Source of the DNA: an uncultured Pelagibacteraceae bacterium
GTDB taxonomy: Bacteria > Pseudomonadota > Alphaproteobacteria > Pelagibacterales > Pelagibacteraceae
DNA: 64,000 nt
NCBI GenBank assembly: GCA_902587155.1
Contig: CACIKE010000004.1
Span: forward strand, 5,444-69,443
Direction: 5' to 3'
The notes under the pieces were generated by a model. That model was not told the DNA's origin, did no database searches, and saw nothing but the letters and a program-made list of their open reading frames with translations. Positions 39,584 through 47,821 of the stretch are shown here, in pieces (position 1 is the first letter of the stretch; the number at the start of each line of letters is the position of its first letter). The position numbers were made by a program, and so were the translations under genes.

Positions 39584-40336
39584 ATGGAAAAAATTAAATT
39601 TGATTTTAAAAGTAGAACTGCGATTGTTACAGGGGGTGCTCAGGGATTTGGTTTCGATATCACGAAACGTTTTTTAAAATCTGGTGCAAAAGTGATAATG
39701 TGGGACAATGATCCGAAAGCTATAGATTTAGCCATAAAAGAAATTGATAGTCCTAATTTGAGTTCTCATGTTGTAGATGTCTCTAATTATGAAGAAGTTG
39801 ATAAAATTGTTAAAGAAATTACAAAAAACTCAAACATTGACATTTTAATAAATAATGCAGGAATAACTGGCCCTACAGCTACATTATGGGAATATGACAT
39901 TGAGATGTGGAAAAAAGTTGTAGAAATCAATCTAATGGGAACATTTAATTGTTGCAGGTCAATAGTGCCAAACATGATCAAAAATAACTATGGTAGAATT
40001 GTTAATGTAGCTTCTGTAGCTGGGAAAGATGGAAATGCTAATGCTAGCGCATACAGCGTAGGAAAAGCAGGAGCAATAGGTTTAACTAAATCATTAGGTA
40101 AAGAGCTTGCAGATAAGAATATAGCTGTAAACGCAGTCACTCCAGCGGGCGCAAAGACTAGAATTTTAGATCAAATGACTAAAGAGCATGTTCAAAGAAT
40201 GCTATCAAAAGTACCTAGAGGAAGATTTCTGGAGGTTGAAGAGTTTACCTCATTAATCTGTTGGCTTTCTTCTGAGGAAAACACTTTTTCAACAGCAGCA
40301 GTCTTTGATATTAGTGGTGGTCGCTCTACTTATTAA
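39584..40336 (+). CDS. SDR oxidoreductase
   Basis: TGGAQGFG, NNAGITG, YSVGK, FDISGGRSTY. Confidence 0.9.
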   Translation: MEKIKFDFKSRTAIVTGGAQGFGFDITKRFLKSGAKVIMWDNDPKAIDLAIKEIDSPNLSSHVVDVSNYEEVDKIVKEITKNSNIDILINNAGITGPTATLWEYDIEMWKKVVEINLMGTFNCCRSIVPNMIKNNYGRIVNVASVAGKDGNANASAYSVGKAGAIGLTKSLGKELADKNIAVNAVTPAGAKTRILDQMTKEHVQRMLSKVPRGRFLEVEEFTSLICWLSSEENTFSTAAVFDISGGRSTY

Positions 40337-40470
40337 CTTCTTGGTTTTTGTTCAACTATTTTGATATTATTAATTTTAGCTCTACTAAACTTGATATCTT
40401 TGGACATAACTGGCGCAAAAATCATTATAGACCAGTAAATTAAGAGTATAAAAGCGGATATTGTCTTCAT
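40333..40470 (-). CDS. Small ORF, 45 aa, signal/TM N-terminus
   Basis: MKTISAFILLIYWSIMIFAPVMSKDIKFSRAKINNIKIVEQKPRS. Confidence 0.5.
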   Translation of the reverse strand: MKTISAFILLIYWSIMIFAPVMSKDIKFSRAKINNIKIVEQKPRS

Positions 40471-40554
40471 ATTATTTATATAGAACCGAATGTTGAATTT
40501 TGAATGTTTAAATTTTGTCTAAATAATGTATTAAGAATTTTTTTTTAATTTTTT

Positions 40555-41205
40555 ATGAAAATTTTAATAAATATTTTAATCATCATAATTTTATCTATTA
40601 ATTTGTCTTTAGCCGATGAATTACAAGTCTTTGATTTTACCGAAACAGAGCTCGCAGAACTTAAAGTTAGAAAGGTAAGAGGGGCTGACAATAAAACACT
40701 TTATACCGTTGGAACAAATGATAACGGAAATTATTTGAAATCGGTTGCTGATAATGCTGCTTCTGGCCTTGGAAAAGAGATCAAGATAAACTTAGATAAG
40801 ACCCCATTCATAAATATAACTTGGAAAATTGAGAAAGATCTGTCAGGGATTAAAGAAAATACGAAAAAAGAGCATGATTTTGCTGCAAGAGTTTTTGTGA
40901 TTAAAAAAACTGGAGCAACACCACTATCAAATAGAGCAATTAATTATGTTTTCTCAAGTAATAATGAAGTTGGGGCAAATTTTCCAAGTCCATATACAAA
41001 AAAATCGATAGATAATGTTCTAGCTAGTACAAAAGATAATTTAAATGAATGGGTAACAGTTAAAGCTAATGTTAAAGAGGATTTTAAAAGATTACACGAT
41101 CTAGATGTTAAAGAGCTTGATGGAATTGCTATTATGTCTGATACTGATAACTCAAAGATGAAATCAATAGCTTATTTTCAAAATATATATTTTTCATCTC
41201 AATAA
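40555..41205 (+). CDS. DUF3047-family exported protein
   Basis: Signal peptide, ASGL, TPFINITWK, DFAARVFV, AINYVFSS, GIAIMSDTDN. Confidence 0.8.
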   Translation: MKILINILIIIILSINLSLADELQVFDFTETELAELKVRKVRGADNKTLYTVGTNDNGNYLKSVADNAASGLGKEIKINLDKTPFINITWKIEKDLSGIKENTKKEHDFAARVFVIKKTGATPLSNRAINYVFSSNNEVGANFPSPYTKKSIDNVLASTKDNLNEWVTVKANVKEDFKRLHDLDVKELDGIAIMSDTDNSKMKSIAYFQNIYFSSQ

Positions 41206-41346
41206 TTAGAATTTAAGATATTTTTTAAGATAAATATTAAATAGAGAAAGTATAACAGCTACTATAACATCCTCTAAAGGACTTGCTTGTGGATAGCCAA
41301 AGTTCCATGCGGTAACCATCACTAACCAAATTACAAATATATTCAT
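41206..41346 (-). CDS. Small two-TM protein, 46 aa
   Basis: MNIFVIWLVMVTAWNFGYPQASPLEDVIVAVILSLFNIYLKKYLKF; AAGG upstream. Confidence 0.65.
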   Translation of the reverse strand: MNIFVIWLVMVTAWNFGYPQASPLEDVIVAVILSLFNIYLKKYLKF

Positions 41347-41403
41347 TAAATACTTATACCTTAGTTTCTATTAAATAGTTTACTTTTTTGATATAATTAT
41401 ATT

Positions 41404-41826
41404 ATGCATGAAAATTTTTTTCATACTTTAAAAGTTTACTATGAAGATACTGATGCTGGAGGCGTCGTATATTATGCTAATTATTTAAAGTTTTTAGAGA
41501 GAGCCAGAACAGAAGCTCTCCATTCAATTGGGTTCAGTAACCAAAAAGTGAAAAAGGATTTTGGTTCACTAATCATAGTAAAAGCTTGCAACATTGAATA
41601 TAAAAAACCCGCAAGTCTTGAAGATGAACTAACTATAAGATCTTTTGTTAAATCTATCACAAAAACATCTTTTTTTATGAATCAAATAATTACCAAAGGT
41701 GATGACACTATAGTTGAAGCACAAGTTCATTTAGTTTTTGTTAATGATTTAGGTAAACCAGTAAAAATACCTGATAAGATTTACTCAAAATTTAGACCTT
41801 ATTTTTGTAATACTATTAAAATTTAG
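41404..41826 (+). CDS. ybgC: YbgC-family acyl-CoA thioesterase
   Basis: VYYEDTDAGGVVYYANYLKFLERARTE. Confidence 0.88.
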   Translation: MHENFFHTLKVYYEDTDAGGVVYYANYLKFLERARTEALHSIGFSNQKVKKDFGSLIIVKACNIEYKKPASLEDELTIRSFVKSITKTSFFMNQIITKGDDTIVEAQVHLVFVNDLGKPVKIPDKIYSKFRPYFCNTIKI

Positions 41827-42496
41827 CTATTTTCTTTGCCTTAATAAGTAATTGGTTAATCATAGTAGTCGTCACTAATTTTGTATTTACATTTCTTGGG
41901 CTTGGGTGATAACAAGCAATCAAAACTTTATTATCTGGCAATAAATATTTGTTTCCGTGTTTAAATTCAAATTTTTTTTGAAGCATAAACTTTTTTTTAT
42001 AAATTTTTAAACAATTATCAAATGCAACTTTCCCAAGAGTTATGATCACTTTAAGATTTTTTAAATTTTCAATTTCATTTTCAAAATAATTCGAACAGCG
42101 ATTTAATTCTTTACTTTCTGGTTTATCACCTGGAGGAACACATTTAAGAATATTAGTTATGTAAGTATCATGTAATTTCAAATTATCATTTGCTTTTTCC
42201 GAAAAATCTTGATTTGAAATTCCTGTTAAAAATAAACTTTTAAATAAAAAATTTCCTGATTTATCTCCTGTGAATGCCCTTCCAGTTCTTGTTCCACCAT
42301 GAGCTGCAGGAGCAAGACCCAAAATCATCAATTTTGCTTTATTGTCTCCAAAGCCGGGGACTGGTTTTCCCCAGTATTTCTCATTCTTATTTTGTTTTCT
42401 TTTTTGTATTGAAATTTTTTTTATAAAACTAACAAGTCTTGGACATTTTTTACATTTAATAATTGTATTATTTATTTTTTTTAATTTAATAGTCAT
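41816..42496 (-). CDS. Uracil-DNA glycosylase, family 5 (UdgB-like, Fe-S)
   Basis: CKKCPRL, YWGKPVPGFG, GLAPAAHGGTRTGRAFTGD, YHPSPRN; ATG at 42496. Confidence 0.9.
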   Translation of the reverse strand: MTIKLKKINNTIIKCKKCPRLVSFIKKISIQKRKQNKNEKYWGKPVPGFGDNKAKLMILGLAPAAHGGTRTGRAFTGDKSGNFLFKSLFLTGISNQDFSEKANDNLKLHDTYITNILKCVPPGDKPESKELNRCSNYFENEIENLKNLKVIITLGKVAFDNCLKIYKKKFMLQKKFEFKHGNKYLLPDNKVLIACYHPSPRNVNTKLVTTTMINQLLIKAKKIAKF

Positions 42497-42498
42497 CA

Positions 42499-43056
42499 AT
42501 GAAATTTATAAAATTTTTTTTTATTATTTTTATAACTTTCCCCTCATCGATTAAAGCAGATTTAAATCAAGAATTATCTTTAAAACTAAAAAAAGGTGGT
42601 AAACTTATATTTATTAGGCATGCATATGCACCAGGTGGTGGAGATCCTGAAAATTTTGATATTAATAACTGCGATACCCAAAGAAATTTAAGTGAGGAAG
42701 GAAGAAACCAAGCCAAAAAAATTGGAAATTTTTTTAGAGAAAATGATGTCCAAATTTCCAAAGTTTTCTCAAGCGAGTGGTGTCGCTGTAAAGAGACTGC
42801 TAAATTAGCCTTTGCAAATTTCGAAACAAAAGATTTCTTAAATTCCTTTTTTAGTGCAAAGTTTGCTAATAATAAAAATAAACAAATGTTAGATTTGAAA
42901 AATTATGTTAAAAAATTCAAAGGTAATAAAAATTTAATTTTTGTGACACATTATGTAGTAATATCTGAGGCCTTAGATTATGCTCCTTCATCGGGCGAAA
43001 TAGTTATTGCAGATAAGAATTTTAATAAAATTGGTAGTATAGAAATAGATTTTTAA
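42499..43056 (+). CDS. Histidine phosphatase family protein (exported)
   Basis: FIRHA, QRNLS, SSEWCRCKETA, FVTH. Confidence 0.88.
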   Translation: MKFIKFFFIIFITFPSSIKADLNQELSLKLKKGGKLIFIRHAYAPGGGDPENFDINNCDTQRNLSEEGRNQAKKIGNFFRENDVQISKVFSSEWCRCKETAKLAFANFETKDFLNSFFSAKFANNKNKQMLDLKNYVKKFKGNKNLIFVTHYVVISEALDYAPSSGEIVIADKNFNKIGSIEIDF

Positions 43057-43060
43057 TATT

Positions 43061-43186
43061 ATGTCATCAAAGCGAGCAATGAAACAAGCCCAAAAACAAG
43101 CTTACGCTAAACATAGAAGCAACATTACTAGTAATAGGTTTGGAAATAAAAAAAAAAATTTCTCTAAGAAAAATAAAAAAAGTTAA
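43061..43186 (+). CDS. Small basic protein, 41 aa
   Basis: MSSKRAMKQAQKQAYAKHRSNITSNRFGNKKKNFSKKNKKS; starts 4 nt after the phosphatase stop. Confidence 0.55.
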   Translation: MSSKRAMKQAQKQAYAKHRSNITSNRFGNKKKNFSKKNKKS

Positions 43187-43605
43187 CTTTCTTTTTTAAA
43201 TTTCTCAATTTTTTTACAAAAAGAAATTTTAGATATTCCTTCTTCATCATTAAGAACAGTTTTCATGAAAATCTCTTGTTTATCTTTTTCAAAAAGAATT
43301 TGAGTATAAAATTGTGGATATCCGTGTTTATGAGTGAGTATTTTACCATTTTCTTCATAAATATTTCGAACATAAGAGTTTGATTTTTTAGTACTTAAAT
43401 CAGTTAGTCGATATTTTTGATATGTTTTTTCCTTGTAAACATAATTTCTAGTCATGATTAATTCGTCTAGATTTAAGATGTACTCATTTTTTAAAAATTC
43501 GTCCTGTTTATCATCACATTTACTCATAATGATTATTTCTGACTTCAGATGTTGGAAGGGAAGAATGATTAATAAAAGAGAAATTAAAAATCTAATTTCT
43601 CTCAT
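43183..43605 (-). CDS. Hypothetical exported protein
   Basis: MREIRFLISLLLIILPF signal-like start at 43605; two Cys near the ends of the mature chain. Confidence 0.65.
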   Translation of the reverse strand: MREIRFLISLLLIILPFQHLKSEIIIMSKCDDKQDEFLKNEYILNLDELIMTRNYVYKEKTYQKYRLTDLSTKKSNSYVRNIYEENGKILTHKHGYPQFYTQILFEKDKQEIFMKTVLNDEEGISKISFCKKIEKFKKES

Positions 43606-43765
43606 TTTTTTCAGCAAAAAATAAACCAATTAAAAGTAAAGCTGTCCAACCAAGTCCTATTAATCCTTTAATAATATTAGTGTCGGCGCTCCATAAATCA
43701 AGAAACAGAGCCCCAAAAATAAGACCCAGAACATACACAATAATTACAATTGTAGTTTTACTCAT
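43592..43765 (-). CDS. Small two-TM protein, 57 aa
   Basis: MSKTTIVIIVYVLGLIFGALFLDLWSADTNIIKGLIGLGWTALLLIGLFFAEKNERN; overlaps both neighbours in operon fashion. Confidence 0.7.
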   Translation of the reverse strand: MSKTTIVIIVYVLGLIFGALFLDLWSADTNIIKGLIGLGWTALLLIGLFFAEKNERN

Positions 43766-44009
43766 CTAATAATTTTTTTTTGAAGAGAGAGATACCATTT
43801 TCAATTTTATAAGTATAGGACTCTTTAAAACTTTCTAATTGCCAGCCAGTCAATCTTTTTTGAATAATTTCAAGATTTTCTTTTTTCCACTCTTCAGTTG
43901 TATCTTCAAGTTTCCAGATTTTTTTTTCTTCGGTATTTCTTCCACACCCATAGCAATAGCCTGTTTTTGGATCAGTTTTGCAAATACTTATACATGGAGA
44001 AACAATCAT
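43758..44009 (-). CDS. DUF1289 family protein
   Basis: SPCISIC...GYCYGCGR...E...W. Confidence 0.88.
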   Translation of the reverse strand: MIVSPCISICKTDPKTGYCYGCGRNTEEKKIWKLEDTTEEWKKENLEIIQKRLTGWQLESFKESYTYKIENGISLFKKKLLDE

Positions 44010-44099
44010 AATGATATTATAGAGTATAAATTAAAAAATTTACAATAATTGTCGTTGGACAAATATTTTCAATCATATATAAAACCACTTAAATTTGTT

Positions 44100-44183
44100 G
44101 GGCGAGTGGTGGAATGGCAGACACGCCAGTCTTAGGAACTGGTCTCGCAAGAGGTGAAGGTTCGAGTCCTTTCTCGCCTACCA
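44100..44183 (+). tRNA. tRNA-Leu (anticodon TAG)
   Basis: Acceptor GGGCGAG/CTCGCCT, anticodon arm CCAGT-CTTAGGA-ACTGG, long variable arm, GGTTCGAGTCC, encoded CCA. Confidence 0.97.
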
Positions 44184-44235
44184 TTTATTAGTTTTTTTTT
44201 TAACTAATGTTGCACTTGTGATAAAATCGAAAAAA

Positions 44236-44321
44236 ATTGTATCCTCGATTGTATCCAAATATTGTGCAATATTGGAATTGGTAGACACGTTAGTCCTAAA
44301 GACCAGCGCGTCTACCAATTC
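44236..44321. repeat. Direct repeat, palindrome and tRNA-derived inverted repeat between tRNA-Leu and tig
   Basis: ATTGTATCC at 44236 and 44248; AATATTG-TG-CAATATT; 21-bp imperfect inverted repeat GAATTGGTAGACACGTTAGTC-CTAAA-GACCAGCGCGTCTACCAATTC (44275-44321). Confidence 0.8.
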
Positions 44322-44347
44322 TAAAATACAGAAAAGAAGAACAAAGT

Positions 44348-45760
44348 ATGAAAGTAACTGTTGAAAATAAAAAAGGTCTTAATAAAGATATAAAAGTTTT
44401 TATCGATAAGAAGACTATGAATTCTTACATGGATGAAAAATATGAGGAAATTAAAGGCACTGTAAATCTAAAAGGTTTCAGACCGGGAAAGGTTCCAATA
44501 GAAGTATTAAAAAGACAATTTGGTAAAGCAGTATTTAGTGAAGTTTTAGATAAAGTTTTAAAAGATTCTACAACAAAAGCTTTAGAAGAAAATAAAATAA
44601 AACCAGCAGGACAACCAAAACTAGATCTCAAAACTTATGGTGAAGATAAAGATCTAGAATATATTATTTCCGTCACAGAGTTTCCAAAAGTTGAATTAAA
44701 ATCTATAGAAAATATTAAATTTGATGAATACACGGTTAAAATCGACGAGAGTGAAACTGAAAAAAGAATTAAAGAGATAGCCAAAAATACCCCAAGCTTT
44801 AAAGATGCTCCACTGGAAACAAAAGCAAAAGAGGGTGATTTAGTTTCTTTTGACTATACAGCTACTGTTAATGAAAAATCATTTAAAGGAGGAGAAGGAA
44901 AAAATACACAATTAACCTTAGGTAAAGATCTATTCTTAAAAGGTTTTGATAAACAATTGGTAGGTGTAAAAAAAGATGATCAAAAAATTGTTGAAGCTAT
45001 ACTTCCTGAAAATTTTCCTGAAAAAGAGTTAATAAATAAAAAAGCAAAATTTAATTGTAAAATATTATCGGTAAAAATTTCAGAGGAAGTAAAAATAGAT
45101 GACCAATTTGCAAAAAATCTGGGAGCAAAAGATTTGAAAGATTTGAAAACCCTAATTTCAAAGCAAATAAATGATGAATATAAGAATTCACTAGACAGAT
45201 TGTCAAAAAATCAAATTCTTAAAGAATTAGAAAAATTTAAAGTAGATGAAATCCCACAAAATTTAGTTGATGAAGAAGTGAAAGTTCTATCTCAAGGAAT
45301 GACAGATGAAGATAAAAAAAAAAGTAAAGATAATTTTGAAGAAATAGCAAAAAAAAGAATTAAAGTTGGCTTAATATTAAATGAATTTGGTGAGCAAAAT
45401 CAGATAAAAGTATCAGAACAAGAATTACAGGCTGAAGTTCAAAAACAAATAAGAATGATGCCTGGTCAAGAAAAAATGGTAATGGATTTTTATCAAAAAA
45501 ATCAATCAGCATTGGCCAGTTTAAGAGGAACAGTTTATGAAGAAAAAATTTTAAATCTTGTTAAACAGAAAGCAAAGTCTAATAAAAAAGAGGTTTCGAA
45601 AGAGGAAGCCGAAAAAATATTAAAACAATCTCAAAATCAAGATGAGGGAACAAAACAAGCCTCAAAGAAAAAAGTTGAGACTAAAAAAAAAGAGGTAAAA
45701 AAAACTACGCCAAAAACTAAGTCTCCTGCCAAAAAAACAAAAAAAGTTAGCAAAAAGTAA
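44348..45760 (+). CDS. tig: Trigger factor
   Basis: GFRPGKVP signature, FKBP domain, Lys-rich tail; precedes clpP. Confidence 0.97.
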   Translation: MKVTVENKKGLNKDIKVFIDKKTMNSYMDEKYEEIKGTVNLKGFRPGKVPIEVLKRQFGKAVFSEVLDKVLKDSTTKALEENKIKPAGQPKLDLKTYGEDKDLEYIISVTEFPKVELKSIENIKFDEYTVKIDESETEKRIKEIAKNTPSFKDAPLETKAKEGDLVSFDYTATVNEKSFKGGEGKNTQLTLGKDLFLKGFDKQLVGVKKDDQKIVEAILPENFPEKELINKKAKFNCKILSVKISEEVKIDDQFAKNLGAKDLKDLKTLISKQINDEYKNSLDRLSKNQILKELEKFKVDEIPQNLVDEEVKVLSQGMTDEDKKKSKDNFEEIAKKRIKVGLILNEFGEQNQIKVSEQELQAEVQKQIRMMPGQEKMVMDFYQKNQSALASLRGTVYEEKILNLVKQKAKSNKKEVSKEEAEKILKQSQNQDEGTKQASKKKVETKKKEVKKTTPKTKSPAKKTKKVSKK

Positions 45761-45793
45761 TCTCAAGTTGTATAAGTAATACGAATCAACTTT

Positions 45794-46405
45794 ATGAATA
45801 ATAAACTGTCAGAACAAATGAGTAGCTTAATACCTATGGTTGTTGAGCAATCTAACAAAGGTGAAAGAGCTTATGATATTTATTCAAGACTATTAAAAGA
45901 AAGAATTATTTTTTTGACAGGCCAAATTAATGACAATGTAGCTTCATTAATTACAGCTCAATTATTATTTCTAGAAGCAGAAGATCCTAAAAAAGAAATT
46001 TTTTTATATATTAATAGTCCTGGTGGACTTGTTACTGCAGGTTTAGGTATTTACGATACAATGCAATATGTAAAACCAGATATTTCAACTTTATGCATCG
46101 GACAAGCAGCTTCGATGGGATCTTTTTTATTATCGGCAGGAACAAAAGGAAAAAGATTTTCACTTCCAAATTCAAGAATTATGGTTCATCAACCATCTGC
46201 GGGATTTCAAGGACAGGCTACTGATATCGAAATTCATGCTAATGAAGTGCTCTCTTTAAAAAAAAGATTGAACGAAATATATTCTAAACATACTGGCAAA
46301 TCTGTGGATGAAATTAAAACTGCTTTAGAAAGAGATAATTTTATGACTGCGGACGCCGCCAAATCTTTTGGACTTATAGATTCTGTAGTAGAGAAAAGAT
46401 CTTAG
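45794..46405 (+). CDS. clpP: Clp protease proteolytic subunit
   Basis: [32 protein letters not shown]. Confidence 0.98.
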   Translation: MNNKLSEQMSSLIPMVVEQSNKGERAYDIYSRLLKERIIFLTGQINDNVASLITAQLLFLEAEDPKKEIFLYINSPGGLVTAGLGIYDTMQYVKPDISTLCIGQAASMGSFLLSAGTKGKRFSLPNSRIMVHQPSAGFQGQATDIEIHANEVLSLKKRLNEIYSKHTGKSVDEIKTALERDNFMTADAAKSFGLIDSVVEKRS

Positions 46406-46406
46406 A

Positions 46407-46422
46407 ACACCACATATAGTTT
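46407..46422. promoter_or_regulatory. Single NrdR-box-like sequence upstream of clpX
   Basis: ACACCACATATAGTTT; no convincing partner box. Confidence 0.3.
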
Positions 46423-46492
46423 ACAAAATCCAAAACTTGATTAATAGGAGTCATTTATAATAAAGTAGACTTATTGATTCGTTTAAAATTTT

Positions 46493-47761
46493 ATGAATAC
46501 AAATAATAAAAATATTCTTTATTGCTCTTTCTGTGGCAAAAGCCAACATGAAGTAAGAAAATTAATTGCAGGTCCAACTGTCTTTATTTGTGATGAGTGT
46601 GTTGAACTTTGCATGGATATTATAAAAGAAGAAAGCAAAGACACATTTGTAAAACATCAAGATGGTTTACCTTCACCAAAAGAGATTTGTACAGTCCTAG
46701 ATGATTATGTAATCGGACAATCTCACGCAAAAAAAGTTTTATCAGTGGCTGTTCACAATCACTACAAAAGACTAAATTATGAAAATAAAACAAGTAAAAA
46801 TGTAGAGCTTGCAAAATCTAATATACTCTTAGTTGGTCCAACTGGATGTGGAAAAACATTATTAGCACAAACGCTGGCTAGAATCTTAGATGTTCCATTT
46901 ACAATGGCTGATGCAACAACTTTAACTGAAGCAGGTTATGTAGGAGAGGATGTAGAAAATATTATTTTAAAATTGTTACAAGCAGCAGATTATAATGTTG
47001 AAAAAGCCCAAAGGGGAATTGTGTACATTGATGAGGTTGATAAGATTAGTAGAAAATCTGAAAATCCATCTATTACAAGAGACGTTTCTGGTGAAGGTGT
47101 TCAACAAGCTTTATTAAAGATAATGGAAGGGACAATTGCAAGTGTACCTCCGCAAGGTGGTAGAAAACACCCCCAACAAGAATTCTTACAAGTTGATACT
47201 ACAAATATTTTATTTATTTGTGGTGGAGCATTTGCAGGACTTGATAAAATTATTTCTCAGAGAGATAAAGGTACATCTATTGGTTTTGGGGCAGATGTAA
47301 AGAATATACAAGATAAAAAGACTGGTGAGTGGATGAAGAACTTAGAGCCTGAGGATTTGCTCAAATATGGATTAATACCTGAGTTTATTGGAAGATTACC
47401 TATGATTGCAACTCTAGAAGATTTAGATGAAAAATCTTTAATTAAGATACTGCAAGAACCAAAAAATTCTTTAACAAAACAATATCAGGAGTTATTTAAA
47501 CTAGATGGAGCAAAATTAATATTTAAAGACTCTGCACTTAAAGAAATTGCAATCAAAGCAATTAGCAAAAAAACAGGAGCAAGAGGTTTAAGATCTATTT
47601 TAGAAAATATACTTCTTAAAACTATGTATGATTTACCAAGTCAAGAAAATATTGAAGAGGTAATAGTCGACTCATCAGCGGCTAAAGGTCTGTCGCAGCC
47701 TATAATTGTTCATTCAAAAAAGGATGGCAAATCCAAAACAACTAAGACAACAGCGGCTTAA
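46493..47761 (+). CDS. clpX: Clp protease ATPase subunit
   Basis: CSFCGK zinc finger, [31 protein letters not shown] loop. Confidence 0.98.
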   Translation: MNTNNKNILYCSFCGKSQHEVRKLIAGPTVFICDECVELCMDIIKEESKDTFVKHQDGLPSPKEICTVLDDYVIGQSHAKKVLSVAVHNHYKRLNYENKTSKNVELAKSNILLVGPTGCGKTLLAQTLARILDVPFTMADATTLTEAGYVGEDVENIILKLLQAADYNVEKAQRGIVYIDEVDKISRKSENPSITRDVSGEGVQQALLKIMEGTIASVPPQGGRKHPQQEFLQVDTTNILFICGGAFAGLDKIISQRDKGTSIGFGADVKNIQDKKTGEWMKNLEPEDLLKYGLIPEFIGRLPMIATLEDLDEKSLIKILQEPKNSLTKQYQELFKLDGAKLIFKDSALKEIAIKAISKKTGARGLRSILENILLKTMYDLPSQENIEEVIVDSSAAKGLSQPIIVHSKKDGKSKTTKTTAA

Positions 47762-47821
47762 TAACCCTAATAACTTGTAAAAAGGTATTGCAAAAATAAT
47801 ATTAATATCCATATTGATTTT

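Noticed and set aside
44275-44321. A second functional tRNA or a CRISPR repeat
   Set aside because: No T-arm, acceptor stem or CCA; single copy with no spacers or cas genes
45640-45760. Lys-rich trigger factor tail as a novel domain
   Set aside because: Low-complexity basic tails are common on alphaproteobacterial Tig
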